Source: Octopus vulgaris (lineage: Eukaryota). Taken from it: 64,000 bases of DNA. A program made the position numbers and the translations under genes. The notes beneath the pieces are model-generated. The model was not told the origin of the DNA. It did not search any database and saw only the letters and a list, made by a program, of their open reading frames with translations. Shown piece by piece: positions 14,578 through 27,927 of this stretch (position 1 is its first letter; each line of letters opens with the position of its first letter). The DNA is taken from contig OX597827.1 in NCBI GenBank assembly GCA_951406725.2, forward strand, positions 37,076,001 through 37,140,000, read 5' to 3'.

Positions 14578-14697
14578 TAATCAAATATATATTAATCAAG
14601 TATATATTAATCACCTACACCACTAAATGGTATATACAGGTGCTTACAATTATCAAGTATTCACCCTGAATTTATGTATGTATATATATATATATAT

Positions 14698-15300
14698 AAG
14701 TTCTTTTCATCTGGGAAGAATCAGATCATCCTGCAGCTCAACAAGATGCCTCAGCTTGTTCAGGAGTTTCTTTGCCTTTCTTAAGCAGTTCTCATTGACC
14801 TTGTCTGTCGGAATTTGTCCCTTGTGCCTCTTGTATGAGTGGTAGCCAAAGTTTCTCATTCAGAGCCAGTTTCATGGTGATGACTCCAACACCCATCTCA
14901 CTCACCAAAGCCTAGATTCCCTTACTTGGATCATCCATCACCTTGTCCTGCAGGTGTTGGATGAATTCTGCCATGTGAACACTGTCAGAATGCCTGCTGT
15001 GTCCCTTCCTACATCTCACAGCTTCGTAGTCTCCATTGCAGCTGTCTGTATCATGTCTTACAACCTTTACAGTGTTCCCTGAGCATTGAGCTGCAATCAT
15101 GATGTCAACATTTTAATATCTGATGCAAATCATCATGATACATATAACTCTTTTCCAGTATTCAGATGGCTTCCAATCCTCCATGTCAGCTAACTTTTTT
15201 TCAACTACAACTGTAAATTCTTATGCTGTTGACTGTTCACCAATGCATCAAGCTGTTCCTGAAAAGAGAAGACAAAATATTGTTAGAGTCCGCCTAAACA
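14698..15300 (-). mobile_element. Decayed Tc1/mariner-superfamily (maT/DD37D-like) transposase 5' fragment
   Basis: Minus-strand translation across frameshifts reads DDPSKGI*ALVSEMGV...YHSYKRHKGQI...RKAKKLLNKL...FFPDEKN, i.e. the HTH and first catalytic D motif. It is truncated at a (TA)n tract. Confidence 0.6.
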
Positions 15301-16789
15301 CTCTGTGTGTGTGTGTGTGTGTGTGTGCATGGGTGCGTGTGTGAACCCTAAAATGTATACAGAAAATTCCCAGAGTTTTTCAAATACATGATCAATGGCA
15401 GAGAGAAAACAAATTATAATCTAAAGCATGTGGGTAATGTAGATAATATGTTGTTAACAATCAGTGAACTGTCAAAAATGAAGGTGTAAAGATGGAAGCA
15501 GTTAAATAAAACTGGGCATCAAATTGTTCCCCTAGAGCTTGCTGTTTTATCCTGTTGTGTGCAGACAACACAAAACTCTAGCTAACATTAAGTTTTAAAT
15601 GAAAAACATTGCCAAACAAATTAAATCATCCAGTATTCCTCTTGTCCATTACAAAGGGCGAATGGACAAGGCATTGTGAAATTGTAGTTAGAAAAAGTAG
15701 TTACAACATCTATATGGCCTATTGCAAAAAGAAAAGGATAAAAACAGCATTTTTAGTATGGAATCAAGCCCAAGCCCACTAAATGGAAGCAATGAAGAAG
15801 AATAATTGAGTGATTAAAAACTAAAATGGCAGCAATTCTCAGCATTTTAATGTTGCAGTTACAACCAGTGAATACATCTTTCAACAAACCACTACAAATG
15901 TTTTGAACAAGTGGAAGTGGAGTGGAACAAGGCTGAAAGAATTCACTGTGACTTAAGTATGTCAAAGTGGTTAAGTCATAGGCAGCTAGAAATAATAACC
16001 ACACTGTTACAAAAAATGTTGACTCGGTAAGAAAGTGGCTAACAATAAGATAATCTTCTTTATGAAGATAACAATAATCCAGAAACAGCTAACAACAGTG
16101 ACTTTGGTGTAGATGACAACAATAATTTATGCTTTGATAGATAAATATTTAGTAAATTAAACATGGGGTCTTCAGGTATCTGTGATATCCTTGAGAAACA
16201 TATTTCATATTATAGATTAATCTTAAAATGAGGAGGTGATGGAAATCTCTTTCTTTTTATTAGTGACATTTTCTGTTCCTCTCTTACACACACTCTTCTT
16301 CTTATTATAATGGAGTTGAATAGTTTGGATTTTGATAAACCCTGTGGATAGTTCATAGTAACCATCTCTGATAATAATGTATTTTTAATATTCAGCTATT
16401 ATGTTCTTAATTATAGATTTTACAAGTACATTCTTTCATAATATATTTATCATTCATTAAAAATTTTCTTCCAAAATATACCTTGCTAATTATAGGATCT
16501 GTCACATCACTTTTGATGTTTTATGAACTGAGAATTATGGTACTTATTGATTGGTTTTTAAAGTCTTTCACAACACAATTGTGGCTTTTTATAATTGTTC
16601 TCCATTGAAAAGGACACAGTTGTATTGGACAAAGCATTTTAGTTCTGACTGAACGTGCTTATATAATAAACAACTGCAAGTTACTATTTTAGAATGAATA
16701 ACTGTTATTCCAATCACAGAGGATGACTGGAACCTGTGAGCTAACAAATAATGTGCTCATAAGTTTACTCTATTCTTTTATATATGTTT

Positions 16790-17355
16790 ACTTGCTTATG
16801 ACAGCCCAAGGTGGTGACAGCATCAGTCTAGGACATTCATTCTCCCCCACCTCTGGCACATTGTCTCTCATGTAAGAGGACATGGCTGACAAGATCAATA
16901 TGAGAGAGGCACTGACAACACTGGCTGTTTGTACACATGCATCATACAGTCTACCATTTACTCTGGGCAAGAGGCCTTTGTCACCAGCAGAGGTAGGAGC
17001 TCTCTGAACTTTGCCCAGGCTATTCTTATTCTAGCAGCTACACTATCAGAGTATCCACCCCTGCTACTGACTTGGTCCCCTAGGCAACAGAAGCTATCAT
17101 CAACTACTTGTAGTTTTTCTCTCTGGAATGTGACAGAAGCTGTTCTCTATACATTTTCAGTGTTTATAGCACCTGAGCATTTGCCACATACAAAAACTAT
17201 CATCCCAGTTAGCTTTCCTTTGATATTACTGCACCTCTTATGTGTCCATAGCTTACACTGGGTGCATCTTATGGAGTTTCTGCCTACACCTTTTCTACAG
17301 ATCGAGCAGGGCCAGCTACCTCAAGGGATTTGTGGTTTGTCTGTCTTCCTACTCT
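16790..17355 (-). mobile_element. Decayed internal fragment of the PHD-bearing RTE LINE family
   Basis: Reverse complement matches 53300-53760 (PHD finger, VVDSFCCLG, ARIRIAWAKFRELLPLL, GRLYDACVQTA). Confidence 0.88.
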
Positions 17356-17982
17356 TTTGTAGTTGATAATTTTCTTCCATTATTTTGAAAAACTTGAATA
17401 TTTTGAATACTCCATTTCCACATTTGCTACCTGTAAAATTCACATCAGAAGAAGAAATAATGCAGGTAACAAAATGCAAAGATTCTTGTTGTGGGGTGCG
17501 TGAAATAATTGAACAGAGTAATACCAAAAAATTAAAGAATGAGTAAGAATTGAAGGTTAATGCAAAAATGGATTGCAAGACAAAGCATCTCAGTTATGCA
17601 TCAGGATTTGTATCATTTTGTTTTTTAAGACTTGTTTTATATAATCAATAATTTTTAATGCAAGGAAATTTTTCTTCATATATCATCTACTAAATAAATG
17701 GAACTGTATGTGTGTCAAGCCCTGAAGGGCTCTGAAACAGTGCAACCTTGAGAAAAACGAATTTGATTTTTGAAATCTGTCCCAAAGAGAATGTTACCCA
17801 TAAATAATAATAATAAATATAATTTACTACGAGATATAACTCAACTTTTAGATAAAAAAAAACTCTATCTGTCACCATCAATCTTTCTATCTCTATATAT
17901 TTACCTCACTCTTTATCATTCTCTCTCTCCCCCTCTCTCTCCCCCCTCTCTCTCTTTCTCACTCACTCTCTCTCTCTTTCAC

Positions 17983-18054
<72 letters not shown>

Positions 18055-21006
18055 TATACATATGTATTAACTCATCATTTCTTTCATTTTGTTTAAAACG
18101 TCATCTTCTAATGTTATGATACGCAGCTATCATGTATTTATCCTGTCTTCTGTTTAGGTAAAAAATGATGAAACTTTAATTCTCTGTAATATTTTTCTAA
18201 ACTTTTTGCTGGAATTAATGAATCACAAAATCAGATTCAATGTGAAAAGCTACCTCAGTATACCAAATTGTCAATGTCTTTCATTTTTCATTTTTCTTAT
18301 AGTAGACTTCCACATCTCTCTATATATATTTACCACACTCTTTCTCACTCTCTGTAAAAGTATAGTACTCATGCCAAGTGTGTGTGTGTGTGTATGTTTG
18401 TCCATGTGTGTGTGTGTGCATGTAAGAAGTTCCATCATAGTAAAAGAATGGTTTAAAAAAGTATATGAAAGATAATTTATTTTAATAGCATACTTTCCTG
18501 TAATATTTTTCTAACACACACACACATACACACACACATACACACATGCATGCACACACACACACACGAACATGCTTGGTGCTGGATGGGGTGGTTAAAA
18601 ATTTAAATTACAAAACCTTTGTAGTTGCTTAAATCCTAACAGGTGACCACCACATCATCATTCCTTAAAATGCGCTTATGGGGAGAGGAAAATATTGAAA
18701 AACTTTAATATTTACAACGTGAAATAATTCAACTTTTATATTAACAGGTACCAGGTGATTGTTGGATGTGCTAGAAACAACAGCCAAATCTCCCTTAAAT
18801 CACCTTTTGTCTTAAAATTATTTTGAAATTGTAAACTGAAACAAATTCCAGATTTGGACTGTTCGTATTTTTAAAAAACATTTCGAAAATATTCCAGAAA
18901 TTTTAGGATTCATAGGGGATGCAGGATTAATAAAAAATATTTTAAAATTTTATTATTGTTTATAAATTACACCTCATTTACTGTTTGAAAATAAAGGAAG
19001 TGGGAATTTGTAATGAGGTCTTCCAAATTCCAAAACATTATTTTTTTTCTACTTTCAAAGATTCTCCCATCATTTTTTAGTGTGTAGTGTAAAAAAAAGT
19101 TGAACAAAACCAGTAATGAGTTGAGGAGTAGGGGAGGGAGTTGAAAAAAATAAATTTTCCGAAAAATTTGTTTTTTCTTTTATCGAAAAGGCATCTCCAA
19201 TTGTTTTTAAGTGCACAGAGCAAAAAGCAAAAAATAAAACAAGAAAAACAATATTGGACAAAACTGATCTAGAAGTGAGGAGGGAGATTCATAAATTTCC
19301 AAAAATGTTTTTCATAAAATGCTTCCCTCCATCATGTGCAAACAAAAAAATTGAAAAACCCTTGTCAAACAGAGAAAACCCTACTTATGTGGGCGTGCAA
19401 TTCTGAAAGTCCATCAAGGTCTATTGTGAAAATTAGCTGGCAACAACGGAATACTCAGATAGTATATATATATATATATATATACACACAAACACACATA
19501 CATATCCTTTTCTCCTTTCTTTTCACTTTTTCTCTCTCTTTCACTTCATTCTTTTTTCCCTTCTCAATCTCATTGCGAACCAGATTGTGCCATCATTTTC
19601 AATCATTCTATTTCCTTCCCTAGCTTCCCTTTGACCTCAAACTCATCATGTAAAACACTCATCTTATATTTGATATCATATTTTTCTTTGTCTTGCTTCT
19701 TGTAGTATTTTTTTCTTTTTAACATGTTTATTTTTTGGCAAATTCATCCTCAGTATGCACTTCTTTTTCTTTATATGTCTGTGCTTTTTCAAGCATGTGC
19801 ATTTGATTGTTGAACTTCATGTAACTATGATTTTTGTCATCTCTTTGTTGCATTGTCTTTCTTGTGTGTGAGTGTGTGTATGTGTGACCTTGAAGAGGTT
19901 TTGGGGTCTGATGACATGCCATAAAGCTAAACCCTTTATGGGCAGGAAACCCAGGATGATCCCATAAACCAGCCTTCCCCATTAAAATATTCACTGCTCT
20001 TCCTCTTAGAGTGTGCTTCATCTCTGGATTTATGTTTTCTACAAACAATATATATATTTATATATATATACACACATATATGTGTATATATATGCACATA
20101 TACATTTATGCATGTATGTACATCAATATTTTTTTTCTCTGCCGTAAGGCACAATTCCTAACACGCCAGTTGAATTCAATTCGTTTCCTAGTTGAAAGAC
20201 GACTGTTGTGATGTCCTGTTATTATTATTATTATTATTGTTTTTTCGTATTATTTTTATATTTATATTCATGTAACATCGTCCGTTTTTCCGTTCTTGTT
20301 TTGTATACATTCGAAACTTTTTCCAAGGAATCTAATGCTGTTAGCTTGGGGCTGGCCAGATTGGAGCAATCTCAAGATTAATCAACCGAAATTGCGAGGA
20401 TGATCTGGTTCTTGACTGAAGATTAAAGGCTTCGAATGACCCATCCATGTTTTTTGTATCGTCTTCTGGATGTTTTGCGTTCTTGATCCATTTTGTATTT
20501 TCATATATATATATATATTAGTATTTTATAAGCTTAAATCTTATAAGCAATTACTGTGCAATGACTAAATAAAATAGTCTAATAATGGGGCATATAAACC
20601 CTTGATGGAAAAACGTAGATTTTCCCATATGCATGGGACTCGAACCCACACCTCTTTGTTTTCATGCTACCATTACACTAGCACAACCAACCTGCTACAT
20701 TCCGTCAGATTTAAGAACTATAAATAGTTCATAGTACTGTTTTTGTAAACAAAATTTCATGTGCTTTTATTGTGAAGGTATTTGTTAAGCAGTGTCGATT
20801 TTTACACTTCTGTAAATAATAATAGTGAGGGCTTATATGTCCCATTATTAGATCATTTTCTTTAGTCATTGCTCGGTGATTGTTTATAAGCTTTACACTT
20901 ATAAATACTATCATTATTATTTACAGAATAGTAAAAATTGATGCTGCTTACAAAAACCTTCACTGCTCTCTCTCTTCTCTCCCCCTCTCTCTCCCTCTCT
21001 CTCTCA

Positions 21007-21102
<96 letters not shown>

Positions 21103-22104
21103 ATATATATATCGAGAGAGAGGGAGAGAGAAAGGCAGTTTTCATCTATTAAACTCTGTCAGTTAACCTGTCACTATAGTAGGAAACAATTTTGTATGAT
21201 GGTGCAGAGTGGAATCAAAATGAGAATTACATCGTTGTTAAGCAAACTTGTTAATCACACAACGCATTTAGTACTAATAGCAATAGGCATGACAGTTGAA
21301 ATATTTGTTGGAAAATAATTCGGAAGTTGTCATGGGCATGCTTTTCCAAAGTGACAAAATAAATAATCTACTTTCTTGTGATTTGAACTAAAAAAAAAAA
21401 AGATAGTGATCAGAGGAAAGCATTTATTTAATCACACTACCACTTCTGAATGTAACAAACAGAAACTATTAGATTTGTTCATTTGTTTAAGCTGAGCATG
21501 AGCCAAATACTGCAAAACATTCTGTTGTTTTGTACCAGCTAATGTGCAAAAATAATAAATTCTCTGATTTTTTTCTGCTTTTTCCCTTCTATTACTGTTC
21601 CACTGTTCCACATGTTTATTTGCCAATAAACCACTTTGATATTTTCCAGTAACATGATATATATATCTTATGCCACTCTGTTTTAACTCTTTTTTAGTTT
21701 ATAAAATACAAAGTTGTAATTGCATTAGTCAAGCTAATATTCATCTTTTAAAAATATTTCCAGGTAATGGGAACTTATTTTTACATATTTAAGTTTAAGT
21801 TAATGTAAACATAACTTTATGTATAAGGAATTCATTTCACCACCACATAGCTCAAGTTTAATCCAACTGCATGGTACCTTTTACAAGTCTCTTCTACAAT
21901 AGCCTCAGTTGATAGAAGCCTTGTGAGTGAAATTTTGCTGATGAAAATGGCCAGAATTCTGTTGTTAAGGCCACAGTTTTTTTTTTGTGCATATGTGCAT
22001 GTGTTTGTGTTAAACCAGGTGACATAATTCATCTCCTGGTTTAAAACCACCAGTTTGTCTACTTCTGAGGGGAGCCTTTTCTGATGTAATTATTCAGGCC
22101 AAGC

Positions 22105-22303
22105 AAGGCAGTGAGCTGGCAGGTGAAATGCTTAGTGGTATTTTGTTTGTCTTTACATTCTGGGTTCAAGTTCCGTCGAGGTCAACTTTGCCTTCCATTT
22201 TTTTGGAGTCTATAAATTAAGTACCAGTTGCATACTGGGGTCGATCTAATTGACTGGCCCCCTCCCCCAAAATTTTAAGCCATGTGCCTAGAGTAGAAAA
22301 AAA
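22105..22303 (+). mobile_element. tRNA-derived SINE with family-A head and core but a different 3' tail
   Basis: AAGGCAGTGAGCTGGCAG head, GGTTCAAGTTCC B box and the same core, then a CCCCTCCCCCAAAATTT...GCCTAGAGTAGAAAA tail. TSD AATTATTCAGGCCAA at 22088-22102 and 22304-22318. A related copy lies at ~32700-32885 (-). Confidence 0.82.
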
Positions 22304-22605
22304 AATTATTCAGGCCAAATTACCAGTATGAGGAAAACTTCCACCTTTTTCCCCATTTGTCTTTGAAACCCTGAAAAAGTCAAGAGTGCCATCCTAACTT
22401 TATAGGATAATCCACTCAAAGGAGTTTCTTTCTGTTTTTTGATGACATCTTTGAGTATTGTATGATGAATGCTTATATTTCATTGTATTTTAAATCACTT
22501 TCTTTTATATAATGTTATGATGATTTTAGTGAGCTAAATGTTCATTGATGAAAATATTCCTAAGTATAAGGAAATATATTTTTATTTTACTTCAGTAAAC
22601 ACACC

Positions 22606-22640
<35 letters not shown>

Positions 22641-23693
22641 ATATTTATTGTATGCATGTTTAGGCATGTATACACACAAATTCCTTTATATATAGATATA
22701 TTTTTTTAATATTAGATCTTTAAAGAAATTCAAAAAGAAGTTTTTTAAGAAGATATGGAAAAAAGTCAATAAAACATGGATATTTCGTAGAAAATGTGAA
22801 GCAAATAGCAACAAACATCTTTTATTATCATAGGCAAACTCACACTTCCGGTGATTTCTTAACAAAGACTACTGCTATATTCTATAAAGGATATTCATTT
22901 CTTTGACATGTATGCATATGTGTATTTATGTGTGTGTGTGTATATACACATATATATATATATCTGTGTATGTGTGTGTATGCATAAATATATATTTATA
23001 TACATACATGTATGTGTGTGTATGCACATATATATATATATATATATATCTGTATGTGTGTGTGTGTGATTGTAGATATATATATGTATGCATATGTGTC
23101 CTTTAAACATTTTCTGTCCAATATTCAGCAGAATAATTCTTTTCATAAGTCTTTTTCTTTTTGATATTTCCATCTCTTATGGCTTTGAAATTTTCAAATG
23201 AAATGATTTGATTTAGGAAATTTTTTTTCTGTAACTTCTAAGGAAATCAACTCCTTTTATCAGCAACAATCATACTAAAAAAAATCCGCTTTCTGTGTAT
23301 ATCTCCTTCAGTTCTACTTCAATATTCTTTTGTGGCTTTTTGTATATTTGTTTAGTTTTGCTTTTGAAAATCAGGTTTTATTTATTCAATTAATTATTAT
23401 TATATTAGAAATTTCTCATAACCATCATTTTCATCATCATATTTCCATTATCATCATCATTATCATCACCTCCACAACTACCAGCCATCATTGACATTGT
23501 TGTCGTTATTATCATTGTCACCACTGCAATCACCATTGTCCTCCTCCTTCTCACCACCATTAATCATTATTGATATTAGTGTTCTTTCCCTGCACAACTG
23601 AATGCAACTATTTTTGTTTTGTTATCATATAGAATCTATTCTCCAATAATAAGTGTATGTGCAGTGCCTTGTAGCATTATTCTCTGTATGTTA

Positions 23694-23754
<61 letters not shown>

Positions 23755-23941
23755 GTATAAATGCATGTGTATGTCTTGGGATTCTTGTTATGCATAAGTC
23801 TACATCTTTTTCATTCAGTTGTAAGACACCTGTTGTTATCTAATCTTTCAGTAGACAACTATTTGTCTTGCAATCTTTCAGAATTTATCTCTCTTCATCT
23901 ATCTTTTGTCTATCTACCTGTCTCCCTCTTTCTCTCTCTCT

Positions 23942-24014
<73 letters not shown>

Positions 24015-24029
24015 TGTATGTAATGCAGA

Positions 24030-25218
24030 AGAAATGTGAAGGCTAGAGAGGAATGAAGCTAGTATGCTCCACTGGATGTACAATGTGGTTCTAGGAACAT
24101 TTATGCCACAGGAAAACTTGCCGCAGGAAACATTGCCATATAGGAAATTTTGCCGTAAGATAATATCGCCATATAGATAATTTTGAAGATATGGCAGGCA
24201 ACCTGATTAGAGAAATTGCAGTTCTGAAAAAAATTGCTTTATATATATATATATGTGTGTGTTTTTCATACTTCCGTTTTAGATCTAACTAATTTTTTTG
24301 TTTTCTTTTTGCTCTTTGTAAACGTTATCATATTTATTACTTTTTTATTTAAGCAGAATTTTTTTTTTGAAAACATATTTTAGGTTGCTTTATTTTTGCA
24401 CCCACTGTAGCTTTGCCATAATAATATAATAAATATGTTGGTTGAAACAATTATATACCAAGGGATTAGTTCATCTTTTTTGGGAGCAGGGAATTGTCTT
24501 ATGGCAAAATTTCCTATGTGGCGAGCTTGCCTATGGCAAAATTTCCTATGTGGCGAGCTTGCCTATGGCAAAATTTTCTATGCAGTGAACCTATGGCCAA
24601 AACTCCTAAGGCGAATTTTCCTGCAGCAAAAATATTTGCAGTAAAATTTTTGGATACAGTGCGATATCAGTGTATATGTACAATTGAGTGCTACTATATT
24701 GAGAGAAAATTAGGTATAAGAAAAATTAGATGCAGTGTGCATTAGAGAAGACTCTGCTGGCTTGGTCATGTGATGTGTATGGATGTAGACAGTTACATAA
24801 AGAAATGCTGATCACTTGATGTCAGCGGAACTTGTAGAAGAGTTTCATTCCCAAGAAGATGTGGAATGAAATATTGACGGTTAATTTCAAGAGCCTTACA
24901 AAGGAGATGGCAAAGGATTGAGATATCTGGCACCTTGCTGTATTCAGAAAGACCTGTTCACCACAGCAGAATTGATATCCTTAGCCACGTTGGTTAATGC
25001 TCTCCTCCCAGCTGAGGAGATTTTTGTCTTGCAAGTTACTTGGTGACCCTGTCAGTGTTGGTGCCACATAAAAGCATCCAGTACACTCTGTAAAGTGGTT
25101 GATGTTAAGAAGGGCATCCAGCAGTAGAAACCAAGCCAAAACACATGCCTGGGACCTGGTACAGCTCTCCAGCTTGCCAACTCTAGCTAGCCAGCTCCAA
25201 CCCACGTCAACATGAAAA
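24030..25218 (+). mobile_element. Old 5'-truncated RTE LINE 3' end, interrupted by a MITE
   Basis: RNEASMLHWMYNV-like segment before 24087 resumes after 24659. The 3' UTR motif GTGGTTG..GTTAAGAAGGGCATCCAGC matches 54595-54622. Confidence 0.75.
24087..24658. mobile_element. Foldback/MULE-like MITE with arrays of ~15-bp subterminal repeats
   Basis: The left arm (GGAAAnnTTGCCnnA)n mirrors the right arm (TATGGCAAAATTTCC)n. The termini GTTCTAGGAACATTT and AAATTTTTGGATAC are degenerate inverses. Degenerate 9-bp TSD GTACAATGT / GTGCGATAT (6/9). Confidence 0.7.
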
Positions 25219-25412
25219 ATGTATGTGTGTGCATGCGCACGCACACACACACACACACAGTTTCCTGTACTTATATATACACCATTCTGCTTAGAAAATG
25301 TAACTGCAACTACAATATCCTTACGTATCTCACGTCTGTTTTCATTCCTCCACTTCACTCTGTATTTCATATCTTCTCTATCGTAACTATTACTTGAAAA
25401 TTTTCTCACACA

Positions 25413-25460
25413 GTCTCTGATGAAGGGATATATAACATATCCCGGAAACAGCTGTAAGAC
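25413..25460 (+). ncRNA. Minimal type I hammerhead ribozyme motif (Penelope-type)
   Basis: GTCT-CTGATGA-A-GGGATAT-ataac-ATATCCC-G-GAAA-CAGCTG-TA-AGAC: stem I GTCT/AGAC, intact core, 7-bp stem II, palindromic stem III, GUA cleavage triplet. Confidence 0.78.
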
Positions 25461-25539
25461 CTTCTCTTTTTAAATGTTCTGAAAACTATTCACAGCCTTG
25501 GATTTTTTTTATCTCATTGTGTTAATTTATATATGTATG

Positions 25540-25584
<45 letters not shown>

Positions 25585-25725
25585 ATATATATATATATAT
25601 ATATAAGAATAATTTTATAACTTCGTTCAACCGAAAAGCAATTCTGTTAAACCAAAGAACAAAAATGAAAATAGGACTGCAGCAGGAAGTGTTCATGTGA
25701 CACCAAAGTGAAAGAAGAAATAAAC

Positions 25726-25820
25726 TGAAAGGTATAATGAATAAGCGGTCCAATCGGTCAAAACAGCTTTGTAATTTAGTTGTTTTGACCGATTGGACCA
25801 TTTATTCATTATACCTTTCA
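25726..25820. repeat. ~43-bp imperfect inverted repeat in a (TA)n-flanked segment
   Basis: TGAAAGGTATAATGAATAAGCGGTCCAATCGGTCAAAACAGCT pairs with AGTTGTTTTGACCGATTGGACCATTTATTCATTATACCTTTCA, with few mismatches. Confidence 0.88.
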
Positions 25821-25844
25821 ATTTTATATATATATATATATATA

Positions 25845-27101
25845 TGAGGAATGTACATTAAAGATTTCCCCTGATCCAGTTCTGATTATTGTAGGAAACG
25901 GAACTTGTACAGGTATAATCATACATGTCTCCACATGTCACTTTGTAAATTGCAGCTTTTGACTTGTATTTGTTTGTTTTTTATGGCTGCTGAAATGAAT
26001 TAAGGTGTTATAACATAGGCAGCTCAATGCAGAACAGTGATCAGGTTCTTATACTTGAAAAGTCGTACACCAAAGAGACTTTCAATTATACGATGTAGTC
26101 AAGCACTGGCATCACCAATCCAAATGTGTTTGGACATTGGTGGTAGCTGCTCCAATTCCTGGATGATCACATTCCGCCATTGATGACAACACCATCCATA
26201 AAGTAAAAGCCACCACTTTATAGGATCACTGCATAACTATTTGGCAACTAGCCCAAAAAGTGAAGAGAATTATAGGGTCCATGGAAAAAATCCTTCATGA
26301 CCATTTACTCATGCAGAAGTTATTTGCATGATGGATTCCCTGGATGCTCACACTTTTTCAGAAGAAGATACGAGTCAATTGCTCCCAGGCTTTTTTGGCA
26401 ATGTGCCAAGAAAATGAGGAGGACTATTTTGTCAGACTTATCACACAGGATGAAACATGGGTCCATCACTATGACCTTGAGACTAAAGCCCAGTCAAAGT
26501 AATGAAAGCATGATAATTCATCACCTCCAAAGAAGGCTTGTGTCCAACCCTCAGCAGGCAAGGTGATGCTCACAGTCATTTGGGACGACCAACATGGAGT
26601 AGTGATGAGGAATTTTCTGGTACTGGACAACACAATCAACAGGGCATATTATGCTTCTCTGCTTCAGAAATTATGGGACGCCATCAAAGCAGAGAGGCAT
26701 GGCATGCTAACCAGAGTAGTCTACCTCCTCCAAGACAACACCCCAGTTCACAATGCACATGTTACACAGACGAAAACACACTCCTGCTGCTATGAAATCC
26801 TTCTTCATCACTCTTACTCTCCTGACCTCACACCATCTGACTTCCACTTCTTTCCAACCATGAAATCTTTTTTGAAGGGGGAGCACTTTTACAGATGATG
26901 ATGAACTTATTTCTGAGGTAAGGTTTTGGCTTCAGATGCAACCTACTGACTTCTACAGACAAGGTTTTCACAGCTGCATAAAGCTATGGGAGAAGTGTGT
27001 CACCATTGGTGGTGGCTATGCATTGAAGGGCTAATAATTATGCCAAGTTTTATTTATCCCAGGGAGATGGATCAGGGGAAATCTTTAATGAACACCCGTC
27101 A
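25845..27101 (+). mobile_element. Full-length decayed mariner (irritans/Hsmar2-like, DD34D)
   Basis: TIRs share CATTAAAGATTTCCCCTGATCCA (25856-25878) and its reverse complement (27068-27090). Motifs ITQDETWVHHYD, LLQDNTPVH and HSYSPDLTPSDFHFF. Flanked by TA. Confidence 0.92.
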
Positions 27102-27694
27102 TGTATATATATATATACTAGATGTATCCACCTTGATCCATTGGGTCATGAACATTCCTAGTTGAAAATATTGATGCATGGCAGGAATGGGAAAAGTACC
27201 ATTTTGAACTTCATGCAATTCTTAAATAATACAGTTCTCCTGCCTTTGGTGTGACAACATAAACATGGCCGAGTGTTTCCTCTTTGAAAACATTCAAATT
27301 GCCTTCAGCATTTTTTCCTCACTTTCTTCTTTGCCATTCTTTGTTACTACTGTTCCAAGTGAAATGCATGAGTACTTTAGCATAATGTAATATTTTGCAA
27401 AGTCATCATCAATGCAAAATAAAAAGAATTCTGTCAAAGTTGTTCTCATATGTCATTCATTAACAGCCATATATACATCCTCATTATTTCTGAGCAATAT
27501 TCTTTGTTTATCCGGTAGATGAACTTGCAGTCTCACTATTGCAGATGTTCTTTCAAGAAGTGAAAATCCTAATATGGATGCAACTGCTTCCGATGGTTCA
27601 ATATACTTATCCATTAGATATTGACCAATTTTTTTGTCTTGTTTATCTGAACAGCAGCTTGGTCATTTCCTTTCTGTGTGTACTTGATGAAACC

Positions 27695-27927
27695 TATTTC
27701 TTTACTGCCCACAAGGGGCTAAAAAGAGAGGGGACAAACAAGGACAGACAAAGGGATTAAGCCGATTACATCAACCCCAGTGCAAAACTGGTACTTTATT
27801 TATCGACCCCGAAAGGATGAAAGGCAAAGTCGGCCTCGGCAGAATTTGAACTCAGAACATAACGACAGACGAAATACTGCTAAGTATTTCGCCCAGCACG
27901 CTAATGTTTCTAGCAGCTTGCCGCCCT
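27695..27927 (-). mobile_element. Full-length tRNA-derived SINE (family A)
   Basis: Homologous to 7178-7410. TSD TGTGTACTTGATGA at 27677-27690 and 27929-27942. Confidence 0.9.

Noticed and set aside
14382-14669. YI/YVCM/THTH/LSLS-type ORFs here and throughout the window
   Set aside because: They are translations of microsatellites lacking stop codons.
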